DNA of 43,056 nucleotides from positions 1 to 43,056 of IMG/VR virus record IMGVR_UViG_3300018073_000009. One strand, written 5' to 3'. Positions 1 to 8,683 of this stretch are shown in pieces. Made by a program: the position numbers and the translations under genes. Origin of the DNA: a virus (Duplodnaviria > Caudoviricetes). The notes below the pieces were generated by a model, which was not told the origin of the DNA, ran no database searches, and was given only the letters and a program-made list of their open reading frames with translations. Each line of letters opens with the position of its first letter. Position 1 is the first letter of the stretch.

Positions 1-123
1 GAAGGTTATGACCGGCGCGAAACCGGTGGGAGTGTTGGTCGACGAACTGCATCTCATGTCGAGCATGTCGTATGCGATGCGGGTGGTCGGGCAGATTCGT
101 GGCGGCATGATCGCCAATCCTGA
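1..123. repeat. Terminal direct repeat, copy 1 (circular assembly overlap)
   Basis: gaaggttatg...gccaatcctga identical to 42934-43056. Confidence 0.97.
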
Positions 124-1159
124 AGCATTCCTGATCTTCATCACGACGCAGAGCGACGTGCTGCCGGCCGGCGTATTCCGGCAGGAACTGGAATACGCGC
201 GTGCCATTCGCGACGGGAAGCTGCAGAAAAGCCGGATGCTTCCGATGCTGTACGAATTTCCGGAAGCGATGCAGCGCGACGGTTCATGGCGCGACACGGC
301 GAATTGGCGGATGGTGTTGCCGAACCTCGGGCGCTCTATCACGCTCGATCGGGTGATTGCCGACCACGACGAGGCGCGTGCCAAGGGCGAGGAGGAAACT
401 CGCCGCTGGGCTTCGCAGCATCTCAACATCGAGATGGGCGTTGCCATGAAGGCCGATGGCTGGGCCGGAGCCGAGTTCTGGACCGATGCCGAGGACCCGG
501 CACTTACGCTCGAGGAAATCCTGATCCGATCCGAGGTTGTTGTCGTCGGAATTGATGGCGGCGGGCTCGATGACTTGTTCGGTGTGTGTGTGCTCGGGCG
601 TTGCCGCGAGACGCGCGACTGGCTCGCATGGACGCACTCCTGGTGTCATGAGAGCGTGCTCGAGCGGCGCAAGTCGATCGCATCGCGGCTGGAGGCGGCA
701 CAGGCCGATGGCGAGCTCACGATCGTCGAGCATGCGGTCGAGGACATCGAGGAAATCGTCGAGCTGATCGACGACATCAATAGGAAGAAACTGCTTGCGT
801 GCGTGGCGGTCGATCCGGCCGGGATTGGCGAGTTTGTCGAGGCTCTGCGTGCCATCAAGATCACGCAGGAGGGCGACCAAGTCATAGGCGCGCCGCAGGG
901 CTACGCGATGATGAACGCGATCAAGACCGCCGAGCGCAAAGTCGAGAATGGCACGCTGAAGCATGCGCCGAACAAGCTGATGGATTGGTGCGTCGGCAAC
1001 GTGAAGATCGAGCCAACGGCCACGGCAATCCGCGCGACCAAGCAGAATGCGGGCGATGCCAAGATCGACCCGTGGATGGCACTGATGGACGCAGTGATCG
1101 TGATGGTGCGCGACCCGAAGCCGAAGGGCGCGCCGGAAGTCCGACTGTTTTTCGCCTGA
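1..1159 (+). CDS. terL: Terminase large subunit, C-terminal part (continues from 42401 across the junction; about 563 aa total)
   Basis: Walker B VLVDELH, coupling motif ITTQS, nuclease motifs VGIDGGGLDDL and AKIDPWMALMDA. Confidence 0.95.
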   Translation, partial: KVMTGAKPVGVLVDELHLMSSMSYAMRVVGQIRGGMIANPEAFLIFITTQSDVLPAGVFRQELEYARAIRDGKLQKSRMLPMLYEFPEAMQRDGSWRDTANWRMVLPNLGRSITLDRVIADHDEARAKGEEETRRWASQHLNIEMGVAMKADGWAGAEFWTDAEDPALTLEEILIRSEVVVVGIDGGGLDDLFGVCVLGRCRETRDWLAWTHSWCHESVLERRKSIASRLEAAQADGELTIVEHAVEDIEEIVELIDDINRKKLLACVAVDPAGIGEFVEALRAIKITQEGDQVIGAPQGYAMMNAIKTAERKVENGTLKHAPNKLMDWCVGNVKIEPTATAIRATKQNAGDAKIDPWMALMDAVIVMVRDPKPKGAPEVRLFFA

Positions 1160-1185
1160 ACTGACCCAACCAAAGGACTCGTGCC

Positions 1186-1920
1186 ATGATACGCCTGCTC
1201 CTGGCGGCGGCCGTGCTCGGCTTGCTGTCTGCTCCCGCATATGCCGACACCATCACGCTCGGCGGACAAATCTGGACGCTCGGTGGCACGCCGTTGGGGC
1301 TGGAATCAACACCGGCACCCACCGACAATCAGCCGCGCAACACGCCGTGCATCATCTGCGGGGCCAATCAGCCGCAGCAGAACCCGAACACGCTGAACAA
1401 TTTCGGCTACAATGATTTTGGCAACACGGGCAACAACACCGACCTGGCGTTCTTCTCCAGCGGCATCGTGCGCGACCACCTCGCCGGCGACACGATCGGC
1501 ACGGCGTACAAGGCGGGCTTCCTGCAGGCGTTTGACCCGGCGCTGACGTTCTCGATCGGGATCGACATGAACGACACCTCGCAGGCGCAGACGCTTGAGT
1601 CGTTCTTCTTCCTGAATCTCACGACCCACACGGTGCTGGCGAGCTATTCGCCGGGACCGGGCGGGACGCTGTTGCCGAGCCTGCACAACGGGACGGGCTA
1701 TCCCGACTACACGCTGACCGGGCTGACGCTCGACGGCATCAACGCTAATGACGACCTGCTGTTCTACGCCCGCATCTCGGGCGCGAACGATGGGCCGGAT
1801 TCGTTCTTCTTCCAAGCACAGGCCGTTCCCGGTCCCGTCGTCGGCGCGGGTATTCCGGGTCTGATCATGGCGTGTGGCGGCCTGCTTGCCCTTGCACGCC
1901 GGCGGATGAGGCGCGCGTGA
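1186..1920 (+). CDS. Secreted protein with PEP-CTERM-like (VPGP variant) exosortase sorting signal
   Basis: Signal peptide MIRLLLAAAVLGLLSAPAYA; C-terminus VPGPVVGAGIPGLIMACGGLLALARRRMRRA (motif, TM, Arg cluster); Asn/Thr/Gly-rich body. Confidence 0.85.
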   Translation: MIRLLLAAAVLGLLSAPAYADTITLGGQIWTLGGTPLGLESTPAPTDNQPRNTPCIICGANQPQQNPNTLNNFGYNDFGNTGNNTDLAFFSSGIVRDHLAGDTIGTAYKAGFLQAFDPALTFSIGIDMNDTSQAQTLESFFFLNLTTHTVLASYSPGPGGTLLPSLHNGTGYPDYTLTGLTLDGINANDDLLFYARISGANDGPDSFFFQAQAVPGPVVGAGIPGLIMACGGLLALARRRMRRA

Positions 1921-2186
1921 AGATCATCCTCGCCATTGTCCTGCTGCTGGTCCCTTTTGAGGCAGCCGCTCAAGGCTGGGCACCACCATTCTGCACAGGC
2001 CCCAACCGGGCGCTGCAATACAATCAGCAGGGATGGCTGTGCGTCACCATCACGGCAACCACCACGCTCCCGGCCCAGCCGCCACCGTCCCAGTGCATCA
2101 CCTCGCACTGGGACGGCACCAAATGGAATTGTGTTCCGACAGAAACCCTCACAACGGATGCCGTTCCACAAAACTATCGCCGGTAA
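1917..2186 (+). CDS. Small secreted Cys-containing protein (89 aa)
   Basis: GTGA overlap with upstream stop; signal peptide MKIILAIVLLLVPFEAAAQ; four Cys in two short W-x-C-ending units. Confidence 0.65.
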   Translation: MKIILAIVLLLVPFEAAAQGWAPPFCTGPNRALQYNQQGWLCVTITATTTLPAQPPPSQCITSHWDGTKWNCVPTETLTTDAVPQNYRR

Positions 2187-2499
2187 AACACCGCGGCAGT
2201 ATTACCGCGATTACTACTGGGCCAACCGCGACGAGATTGTCCGGCGCCTGCGCGAGCGCACGCAGGCCAAAGCCGCGAAGACTCGCAATCAGGTCGAGGC
2301 TTCATTCACGGGCCAGCGCTTCGGCGCCCTGGTGACGCTCTATCCGCTGGTGCGAACGAATAAGCATCTCGGTGGCTGGTGGCTGTGCCGCTGCGATTGC
2401 GGCGGCGAGATCGAGGCGTGGACCTACAAGCTCAAGCGCGGCGTCAAGACCAGTTGCGGTTGCCACATCCACGCGCGCGCCAAGCGCGCGGCACACTGA
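2158..2499 (+). CDS. Cys-rich protein resembling the N-terminal domain of phage AP2/HNH homing-endonuclease-like proteins; no nuclease domain
   Basis: TGQRFGALV...WLCRCDCG...LKRGVKTSCGC motif. Confidence 0.7.
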   Translation: MPFHKTIAGKTPRQYYRDYYWANRDEIVRRLRERTQAKAAKTRNQVEASFTGQRFGALVTLYPLVRTNKHLGGWWLCRCDCGGEIEAWTYKLKRGVKTSCGCHIHARAKRAAH

Positions 2500-2508
2500 G
2501 GTCATTCC

Positions 2509-4473
2509 ATGCTCAACCGGGCTTACTCACTGCTTGAAATCAAGCAGGTCGACGAGGACGCGCGCTTTCTCACGATCACCGGCATGGCGACGACGCCTGC
2601 GGCCGACCGCATGAATGATGTCGTTGAGCCGATGGGCGCGCGGTTCAAGTTGCCGTTGCCGCTTCTTTGGCAACACAAAAGCGATCAGCCGCTCGGCCAG
2701 GTTACTCATGCCGATGTCAGCAAGGCCGGAATCGCGATCGTCGCGCGGATCCCCAAGGGTGTGACCGCCGAGAATGATCAGCGTGCGGCCTTGATGAAGG
2801 CTGGCCTCGTGCCGGGTCTGTCGATCGGCTTCAAGTCGCTCGAACATGAGGTCATTCCCACAACGAAAGGCCTTCGCTTCAAGAAATGGGATTTCTTGGA
2901 GTTGTCGGCGGTCACTATCGCGGCAAACCAAGAAGCATCCATCACCATGATCCGTTCGATCGACACCGCGCAGCGGGCCGCGACAGGCCAGCACGCTCGC
3001 GACGGTGTGCATCTCAACCCACCGGGCGCCTCCGGACGATCAAACCCGATTGCCCTGGAGGGCATCAAAATGAAAACGACCGCAGAGCAAATCACGATGC
3101 TGGAAAACAAGCGTGCCGCGAGCGCGGCGCGTCAAGAAGCCGTGATGCAGAAGAGCCTCGACGAAGACCGCACCACCAGCGCCGAGGAGGCAGAGGAGAT
3201 CGACAATCTCGGTCGCGAGATCGAGGCGGTTGACGCGGATCTGGTGCGGTTGCGCCAGATCGAGAGGACAAAAGCGGTGGAGGCAAAGCCGGTGGCCAAG
3301 GCGCCCGAGACCGCCCACGAGGGAAGCCTCGCGCGCGGCGGCCTGGCGGCCTATGCGACGGTGGCACCACGAATCCCGAAGGGCGATTACGTGCTGCGCT
3401 CGCTGGTGTGCAAACTCAAGGCGCACTGCACCAAACAGTCGCCCTACGAGGTGATGAAGCAGGAATACGGCGACGACGAGCCGACGCGGGCGGTGCTCAA
3501 CGTGATCACGCGCTCGGCGACGGTACCGGCCGACACCGTGACGTCGGGATGGGCCAGCCAGTTGGTCAATACGTCGATTGCGGAATTCTTCGCGGCACTG
3601 ATGCCGAATTCGGTTTATCCGGCACTGGCATCGCGTGGCGGGAAATTCTCGTTCGGCCAATCGGGCATCGTGTCGATGCCGACGCGGGCGGCGACGCCGA
3701 CGATTGCCGGCAGCTTTGTGGCACAGGGAGCGGCTATCCCGGTGCGGCAGGGCGCATTCTCGGCAATCACCTTCACGCCGAAGAAAATGGCCGTCATCAG
3801 CGTGTTCACCCGTGACATCGCCGAGCACTCGACGCCTGCGATCGAGGGTCTGATCCGCCAAGCCATCATCGAGGACACTGCAGTCGCGATTGACTCGGTG
3901 CTGCTCGATGCCACGGCGGCGACGACCACCCGCCCGGCCGGATTGAAAGCCGGTGTCTCTGCCACGACAGCTACTGCGGGCGCCGGCATCAACGCACTGA
4001 TCGGCGATATCCGCGGGCTGACCGGAGCACTGATCACCGGCTCAAACGGCAATCTGCGCTCGCCGGTCTGGATCATGAACCCGGCCGATATCCTGGCGGC
4101 CTCGCTGTTGCCGGCGACTGCCGGCGGCGGCGAATTCCCGTTCAAGGAGATACAGTCGGGAACGCTGCAAGGCATGCCGGTCATCTCGAGCAGCAACGTC
4201 ACGGCCGACACCATGCTGCTGGTCGATGCCGCGGACTTCGTGTCCGTGACCGGCGACACGCCGCGGTTCGATGTGTCCGACCAGGCGACGATCCATATGG
4301 AGGACACGACGCCGCTGGCGATCTCGACCGTCGGTTCGCCCGCCACCGTGGCCGCGCCGGTGCGCTCGCTCTGGCAGACCGACTGCATCGGCGTGCGCAT
4401 GCTGCTCGACCTGAACTGGGGCATGCGGCGAACCGGCGTCGTTGCCTGGACGCAGACCATGACCTGGAATTGA
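2509..4473 (+). CDS. Fused HK97-type prohead protease and major capsid protein
   Basis: Protease motifs LLWQH, GLSIGF, ELSAVTIAAN; coiled-coil delta domain; HK97-fold capsid C-terminus (WIMNP, GTLQGMPVI). Confidence 0.93.
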   Translation: MLNRAYSLLEIKQVDEDARFLTITGMATTPAADRMNDVVEPMGARFKLPLPLLWQHKSDQPLGQVTHADVSKAGIAIVARIPKGVTAENDQRAALMKAGLVPGLSIGFKSLEHEVIPTTKGLRFKKWDFLELSAVTIAANQEASITMIRSIDTAQRAATGQHARDGVHLNPPGASGRSNPIALEGIKMKTTAEQITMLENKRAASAARQEAVMQKSLDEDRTTSAEEAEEIDNLGREIEAVDADLVRLRQIERTKAVEAKPVAKAPETAHEGSLARGGLAAYATVAPRIPKGDYVLRSLVCKLKAHCTKQSPYEVMKQEYGDDEPTRAVLNVITRSATVPADTVTSGWASQLVNTSIAEFFAALMPNSVYPALASRGGKFSFGQSGIVSMPTRAATPTIAGSFVAQGAAIPVRQGAFSAITFTPKKMAVISVFTRDIAEHSTPAIEGLIRQAIIEDTAVAIDSVLLDATAATTTRPAGLKAGVSATTATAGAGINALIGDIRGLTGALITGSNGNLRSPVWIMNPADILAASLLPATAGGGEFPFKEIQSGTLQGMPVISSSNVTADTMLLVDAADFVSVTGDTPRFDVSDQATIHMEDTTPLAISTVGSPATVAAPVRSLWQTDCIGVRMLLDLNWGMRRTGVVAWTQTMTWN

Positions 4474-4489
4474 TAGACCAGGATTGATG

Positions 4490-4518
4490 CAAGCCGCGCC
4501 AATGCGGCTTGTTCGTTT
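4490..4518 (+). terminator. Hairpin / weak intrinsic terminator after the capsid gene
   Basis: caagccgc-gccaat-gcggcttg followed by ttcgttt. Confidence 0.5.
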
Positions 4519-4529
4519 CACATGAAACA
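4514..4529. promoter_or_regulatory. parS-like palindrome
   Basis: CGTTTCACATGAAACA, 14/16 match to the chromosomal parS consensus TGTTTCACGTGAAACA; intergenic. Confidence 0.5.
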
Positions 4530-4542
4530 GGAGGCCATCAAC

Positions 4543-4881
4543 ATGGCAAAGGAACTTCGCAAGACCAAGGACAGTCCCGACGTCAAGGCAATGCTGCAGG
4601 ACGCGAACGAAGAACGCGCCGTTGCCAACGAGGAGGCAATGGAGCGGATGGACTCGGCGCAGCCGACACCGACGCAGGAGGAAAACGATCTCGCCCGGCT
4701 CGGCATTCAGGTCGACGAGAAGGAGCCGGACGGCAGCGGGCCGACCGTCATCAGAAAAACCGTCGTAGCGAATGTGCCGCTCGGCTACGACACCAAGGCC
4801 GCGTTGGCCAACGAAGCGCAGGAGGGTCGGCCCGAGGGTCGGTCATTCTCACGGCCCCGGTCGGAACCGAAGACGTCATAG
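4543..4881 (+). CDS. Hypothetical charged protein in the head module
   Basis: SD AGGAGG upstream; PTPTQEENDLA motif; lies after the capsid gene. Confidence 0.75.
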   Translation: MAKELRKTKDSPDVKAMLQDANEERAVANEEAMERMDSAQPTPTQEENDLARLGIQVDEKEPDGSGPTVIRKTVVANVPLGYDTKAALANEAQEGRPEGRSFSRPRSEPKTS

Positions 4882-4904
4882 CGATAACCGGCGGGGATTG
4901 ACCA

Positions 4905-5237
4905 ATGCCTCGAGTCGTCGTCTCAGCGACAATCCCCGCCGGCCAGTCTATTTCCAATGCGATCGACCTATCGGCTGGCGACGCAGCATTCTGCCATATG
5001 CCGTCCGGGTGGACGCCGGCACTGCTCTCGTTTCTGATCTCCTATGACGGCAATACGTTCGGCGATCTTTGCGACCAGAATACCCGCGAGGTCACGCTCA
5101 ATATCTTACCGGGAACGGTCATCCGGGTGGAGCTGCTGCCTGCCAATGTCGGCTGGATGAAGTTTCGTTCCGGCTCTCGCTTCGGCTCGGTGATACAAAC
5201 AGCCAGCCGGACCTTCACCATCATCGCCGAGTCATGA
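4905..5237 (+). CDS. Hypothetical beta-rich virion protein (possible decoration protein)
   Basis: 110 aa ORF with GGGGA SD between capsid and portal genes. Confidence 0.7.
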   Translation: MPRVVVSATIPAGQSISNAIDLSAGDAAFCHMPSGWTPALLSFLISYDGNTFGDLCDQNTREVTLNILPGTVIRVELLPANVGWMKFRSGSRFGSVIQTASRTFTIIAES

Positions 5238-5241
5238 CCTG

Positions 5242-6624
5242 ATGCGCATCCTCGGCCTGCCGATCCCGTTCACCGGCGAACACAAGGCGCTCAGCTCTGT
5301 GCCCTATGGCAGCAGCTGGGGCGGGTATCCGATCATCCACGAATCATATCCTGGCGCCTGGCAGCAGAACGTTTCGATCAACACCGACACGGCGACCTCG
5401 TTTCATGCCGACTTTGCCTGCAAGACTTTGATCGCGCGCGACATCGCCAAGTTGCGCGTCAAGCTGGTCGAGAAGGACGCCAACGAGATCTGGTCCGAGA
5501 CGACCAACCCGGCATTCTCGCCGGTGCTGCGCCGGCCGAACGATTACCAGACGCGCAACCAGTTCTGGGAATGCTGGGTGCTGTCGAAGCTGTCGCGCGG
5601 CAACACCTACGTGCTGAAGGTGCGCGACAACCGCAACGTGGTGATCGCGTTGCACGTTCTCGATCCGACGCGGGTGCAGCCGCTGGTGTCGGACGATGGC
5701 AGCGTGTTCTATAAAGTGAGCGGCGACAATCTCGCCGGTATTCGCGAGATCACCGTTCCGGCGCGCGAGATCATCCACGATCGGATGAACTGCCTGTTTC
5801 ATCCGCTGGTCGGCACGCCGCCAGTGTTTGCTTCCGGTCTCGCCAGCATGCTCGGCCTCAATGCACAGCGGGCGTCGGCGCTATTGTTCCAGAACAATTC
5901 GACGCCGGGCGGCATTCTCACCGCGCCAGGCGAAATCAGCGAAATTCAGGAACAGCGCATCAAGGAACAATGGGAGCAGCGTTTTTCCCGGCAGAACCTC
6001 GGGCGCGTTGCTGTGCTGTCGGGCGGTGCGAAATATGAAAAACTGCCGATGACCAACGTCGAAGTGCAGATGATCGAGAACCTGAAATGGTCCGCCGAGG
6101 TCGTCTGCAGCGTCTATCATGTGCCGCCCTACAAGGTCGGCGTCGGCGCCCTGCCCTCCTACAACAACGTGCAGGCGCTCAACGTCGAATATTATTCGCA
6201 GGCGCTGCAGTCGCACATCGAGGAGATCGAGGAGTCGCTTGATCACGCGCTCGGCATCGGCTGGGGCGAAGGCCTGGGCACCGAATTTGACACCGAAACA
6301 CTGTTGCGCATGGACTCAACGACGCAGATCGCCACGATCCGCGATGCGGTCGGCGCCGGCGTGATGGCGCCGAACGAAGGCCGCGGCAAGCTCGACCTCA
6401 AGCCGGTCAAGGGCGGCGAGTCGCCATACCTGCAGGAGCAGAACTTCAGCCTGGCCGCACTCGCCAAGCGCGACGCGCAGGAAGATCCGTGGGCGTCGAA
6501 GACACCGGCACCAGCACCGGCACCAGCCAACGACGACAACGCCGACAAACCAATGGACGATGAGAAGCTTGCCGCAATCAAGAACATCGCGCGCTGGGGC
6601 GCACGATCGATGCTGGCTGCGTGA
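5242..6624 (+). CDS. HK97-family portal protein
   Basis: RPNDYQTRNQFW, GNTYV, EIIHDR, PGGIL, VYHVPPYKVG and PNEGR motifs. Confidence 0.95.
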   Translation: MRILGLPIPFTGEHKALSSVPYGSSWGGYPIIHESYPGAWQQNVSINTDTATSFHADFACKTLIARDIAKLRVKLVEKDANEIWSETTNPAFSPVLRRPNDYQTRNQFWECWVLSKLSRGNTYVLKVRDNRNVVIALHVLDPTRVQPLVSDDGSVFYKVSGDNLAGIREITVPAREIIHDRMNCLFHPLVGTPPVFASGLASMLGLNAQRASALLFQNNSTPGGILTAPGEISEIQEQRIKEQWEQRFSRQNLGRVAVLSGGAKYEKLPMTNVEVQMIENLKWSAEVVCSVYHVPPYKVGVGALPSYNNVQALNVEYYSQALQSHIEEIEESLDHALGIGWGEGLGTEFDTETLLRMDSTTQIATIRDAVGAGVMAPNEGRGKLDLKPVKGGESPYLQEQNFSLAALAKRDAQEDPWASKTPAPAPAPANDDNADKPMDDEKLAAIKNIARWGARSMLAA

Positions 6625-6631
6625 GGGCATC

Positions 6632-7072
6632 ATGGATCATCGCGTTATCACCGCCCTGCTGGAAGCCATCATTCCCGAGGTGAAGGACCATTCGGCCAAC
6701 CTGGTCGCGCCGATCAAAGACGAGCTCGAGAAGCTCGGCTTTCGGCTCACGCGCCTCGAGAACGACGAGCCGGTTCGCGGCGAGAAGGGTGAGCCTGGTG
6801 CTGCACCGACCATCGAGCAGATCACCGAGGCGATCGGCGCGCTGCATGTCGAGGCGATCGTGCGCGACGCGCTGACGGCGGAAAGCCACAAGGGCGGCAT
6901 CGATGTGCTGGCGCCAGGCGATGTCGCAGCGGAAATGGCCAATGCCACCGCAATGCTCGCCGAGCCATTCACCGGCCGGACAGCCGGCGCCGAGAAGCAG
7001 TTCGCCAAGCCGCGCAGTTTCCGCTTCGAGCGCGATGCCGAGAACCGCATCGTCGCGGCGTTCGAGGAATAG
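6632..7072 (+). CDS. Portal-adjacent coiled-coil protein with a short collagen-like stretch
   Basis: GAGGG SD; heptad N-terminus; RGEKGEPGAAP; C-terminal FRFERDAENRIV. Confidence 0.7.
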   Translation: MDHRVITALLEAIIPEVKDHSANLVAPIKDELEKLGFRLTRLENDEPVRGEKGEPGAAPTIEQITEAIGALHVEAIVRDALTAESHKGGIDVLAPGDVAAEMANATAMLAEPFTGRTAGAEKQFAKPRSFRFERDAENRIVAAFEE

Positions 7073-7074
7073 CG

Positions 7075-7455
7075 ATGCAGATCAGTCTGTCCGACGCGGC
7101 GCGCAATGCGATGGTCGACGAGGTCGCAACCCTGATCGACGGCGAGCGCGGCAATGGCCGGATCGAACTGCTCGCATCGTCGGGCATCGTGCTTGCCTCG
7201 CTGGAATGCTCCAAGCCGTGCGCGCAGCCTCCGGTGAACGGCACCGTCACGTTCAACACCATTGCCGAAGATCCGTCTGCCAGGGCGTCGGGCACCGCCG
7301 TCAAGGCGCGCATCGTCGATGCTGCGGGCGGCATCGTGTTCGAGTGCGACGTGAGCGACACCAAAGGCGACGCGGTCATCCGCCTGAACAGCAACCGGAT
7401 CGTGGTCGGCGGTCCCGTGCGGATCCGGGAATTCGTTCTGGTCATGCCGGCCTGA
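7075..7455 (+). CDS. Putative structural protein (fibre/decoration-associated beta-sandwich)
   Basis: LSDAARNAMVD start and ARIVDAAGGIVFECDV pattern typical of small fibre-associated phage proteins. Confidence 0.6.
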   Translation: MQISLSDAARNAMVDEVATLIDGERGNGRIELLASSGIVLASLECSKPCAQPPVNGTVTFNTIAEDPSARASGTAVKARIVDAAGGIVFECDVSDTKGDAVIRLNSNRIVVGGPVRIREFVLVMPA

Positions 7456-7468
7456 TAGGAGAAATGCA

Positions 7469-7897
7469 ATGTCGATAGCTGATGCGACCGAGAATGCGAT
7501 CCTGAATCTGGTGTTTTCCGCCACGACCTGGGCGAACTATGCCGTTAACGCGACGGCCTCGCCTGAGACGAATATCCATGTCTCGCTGCAGACCGCCGAC
7601 CCGACCGATAGCGGCACGATGTCGTCGAGCGAGACGACCTACACCTCCTATGCGCGTGTCAACGTCGCGCGCTCGACCGGCTGGAGCACAGCGACAACCG
7701 GCGTCGTCAGCCCGGCAGCGAATATCGATTTCCCGGCCGGCACCGGCGGCAGCGGCACGATCAGTTTCTTTAGCACCGGCAAGACCGGTGGCGGCACCAC
7801 GGCAATCCTGTGGAGCGGCGCCGTGTCGCCGACCATTGCGGCCGGCAACGGTGTGACGCCGCGCCTCACCACGGCGACGACGATCTCGCTCGACTGA
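7469..7897 (+). CDS. Putative fibre-associated structural protein
   Basis: AGGAG SD; ENAILNL...VSLQTADP...YTSYARVNV...IDFPA signature; Thr/Ser/Gly-rich. Confidence 0.7.
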   Translation: MSIADATENAILNLVFSATTWANYAVNATASPETNIHVSLQTADPTDSGTMSSSETTYTSYARVNVARSTGWSTATTGVVSPAANIDFPAGTGGSGTISFFSTGKTGGGTTAILWSGAVSPTIAAGNGVTPRLTTATTISLD

Positions 7898-7899
7898 AC

Positions 7900-8346
7900 G
7901 TGTACCACTCGCGCGAGCTGCTCGCCTGCCTGGAGGCGGTGGATGTCGAAGGCATGCGCCGGCTGTGGGGCAAGGTGGCGCCGCAGTTTCCGCAGCACGA
8001 CGACGCCGGCATGGTTGCAGCGATCCATCTCGCGCGCACCAAGTCGGAACTGGTGCGCTTCAGGCTGCGCGCATACTCGCACGCCTGGCTGATCGATCAC
8101 GGCTATCCGTCGCTGCTGCCGGATGAATTTAAACCGCGGGCGCAGCGCATCTATCCGGTGATCGCATCGGGCGTCGGCATCTCGGTCAACTCGCGATATC
8201 CGGAAGTTAAATCCGCCGTGACGCTGGCGATGACCGATGCGGTGCTCGAGGCTGAGGCCGACGGACGGCTGACCGACGCGCCGTTCGTGCGCGGCCGGAT
8301 GCTGGAAGCGCGGCGGCATGCGGTGAAAAAACTGTTCGGGCGATGA
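7900..8346 (+). CDS. Hypothetical protein (GTG start inferred)
   Basis: Fills the gap between coupled genes; typical high-GC3 codons. Confidence 0.65.
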   Translation: MYHSRELLACLEAVDVEGMRRLWGKVAPQFPQHDDAGMVAAIHLARTKSELVRFRLRAYSHAWLIDHGYPSLLPDEFKPRAQRIYPVIASGVGISVNSRYPEVKSAVTLAMTDAVLEAEADGRLTDAPFVRGRMLEARRHAVKKLFGR

Positions 8347-8347
8347 C

Positions 8348-8683
8348 ATGGGCATTGTCGAGCAGATCGCAGCGATCCGCGCCGGCAGGAAAGACGAGCG
8401 CGCGCAGACGCTGGAGATCTATGCGCTGAAGACCAATGCGCTGCTCGGCGTGATCCGCTGCGGTGATGCCGTGGCGCACAAGGACTACACGTTCCGCATC
8501 AACGATGCGCGCATGGTCGGCGAGGGGCGCCTGTTCCTCGACGTCACGTTCACGCGCGGACCTGCCGAAGTCACCCACCAGATCACCATCACCAACCCGC
8601 CCGTGTTGCCGCGCGAGAGGACCGGCAACGAGAAGGAAGATCTGCGAACCGCCATCAGCGAAATGCTGGAAGGCTTCGTCTGA
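8348..8683 (+). CDS. Hypothetical protein
   Basis: 111 aa ORF; TGATG coupling with the next gene. Confidence 0.7.
   Translation: MGIVEQIAAIRAGRKDERAQTLEIYALKTNALLGVIRCGDAVAHKDYTFRINDARMVGEGRLFLDVTFTRGPAEVTHQITITNPPVLPRERTGNEKEDLRTAISEMLEGFV

Noticed and set aside
1-123. Terminal repeat as a biological DTR
   Set aside because: It falls mid-terL, and the HNH/cos layout points to cos ends near 40.6 kb, so it is an assembly overlap
284-4502. Antisense ORFs over terL and capsid (284-1240, 3040-3861, 3615-4502)
   Set aside because: Stop-poor shadow frames typical of high-GC3 genes
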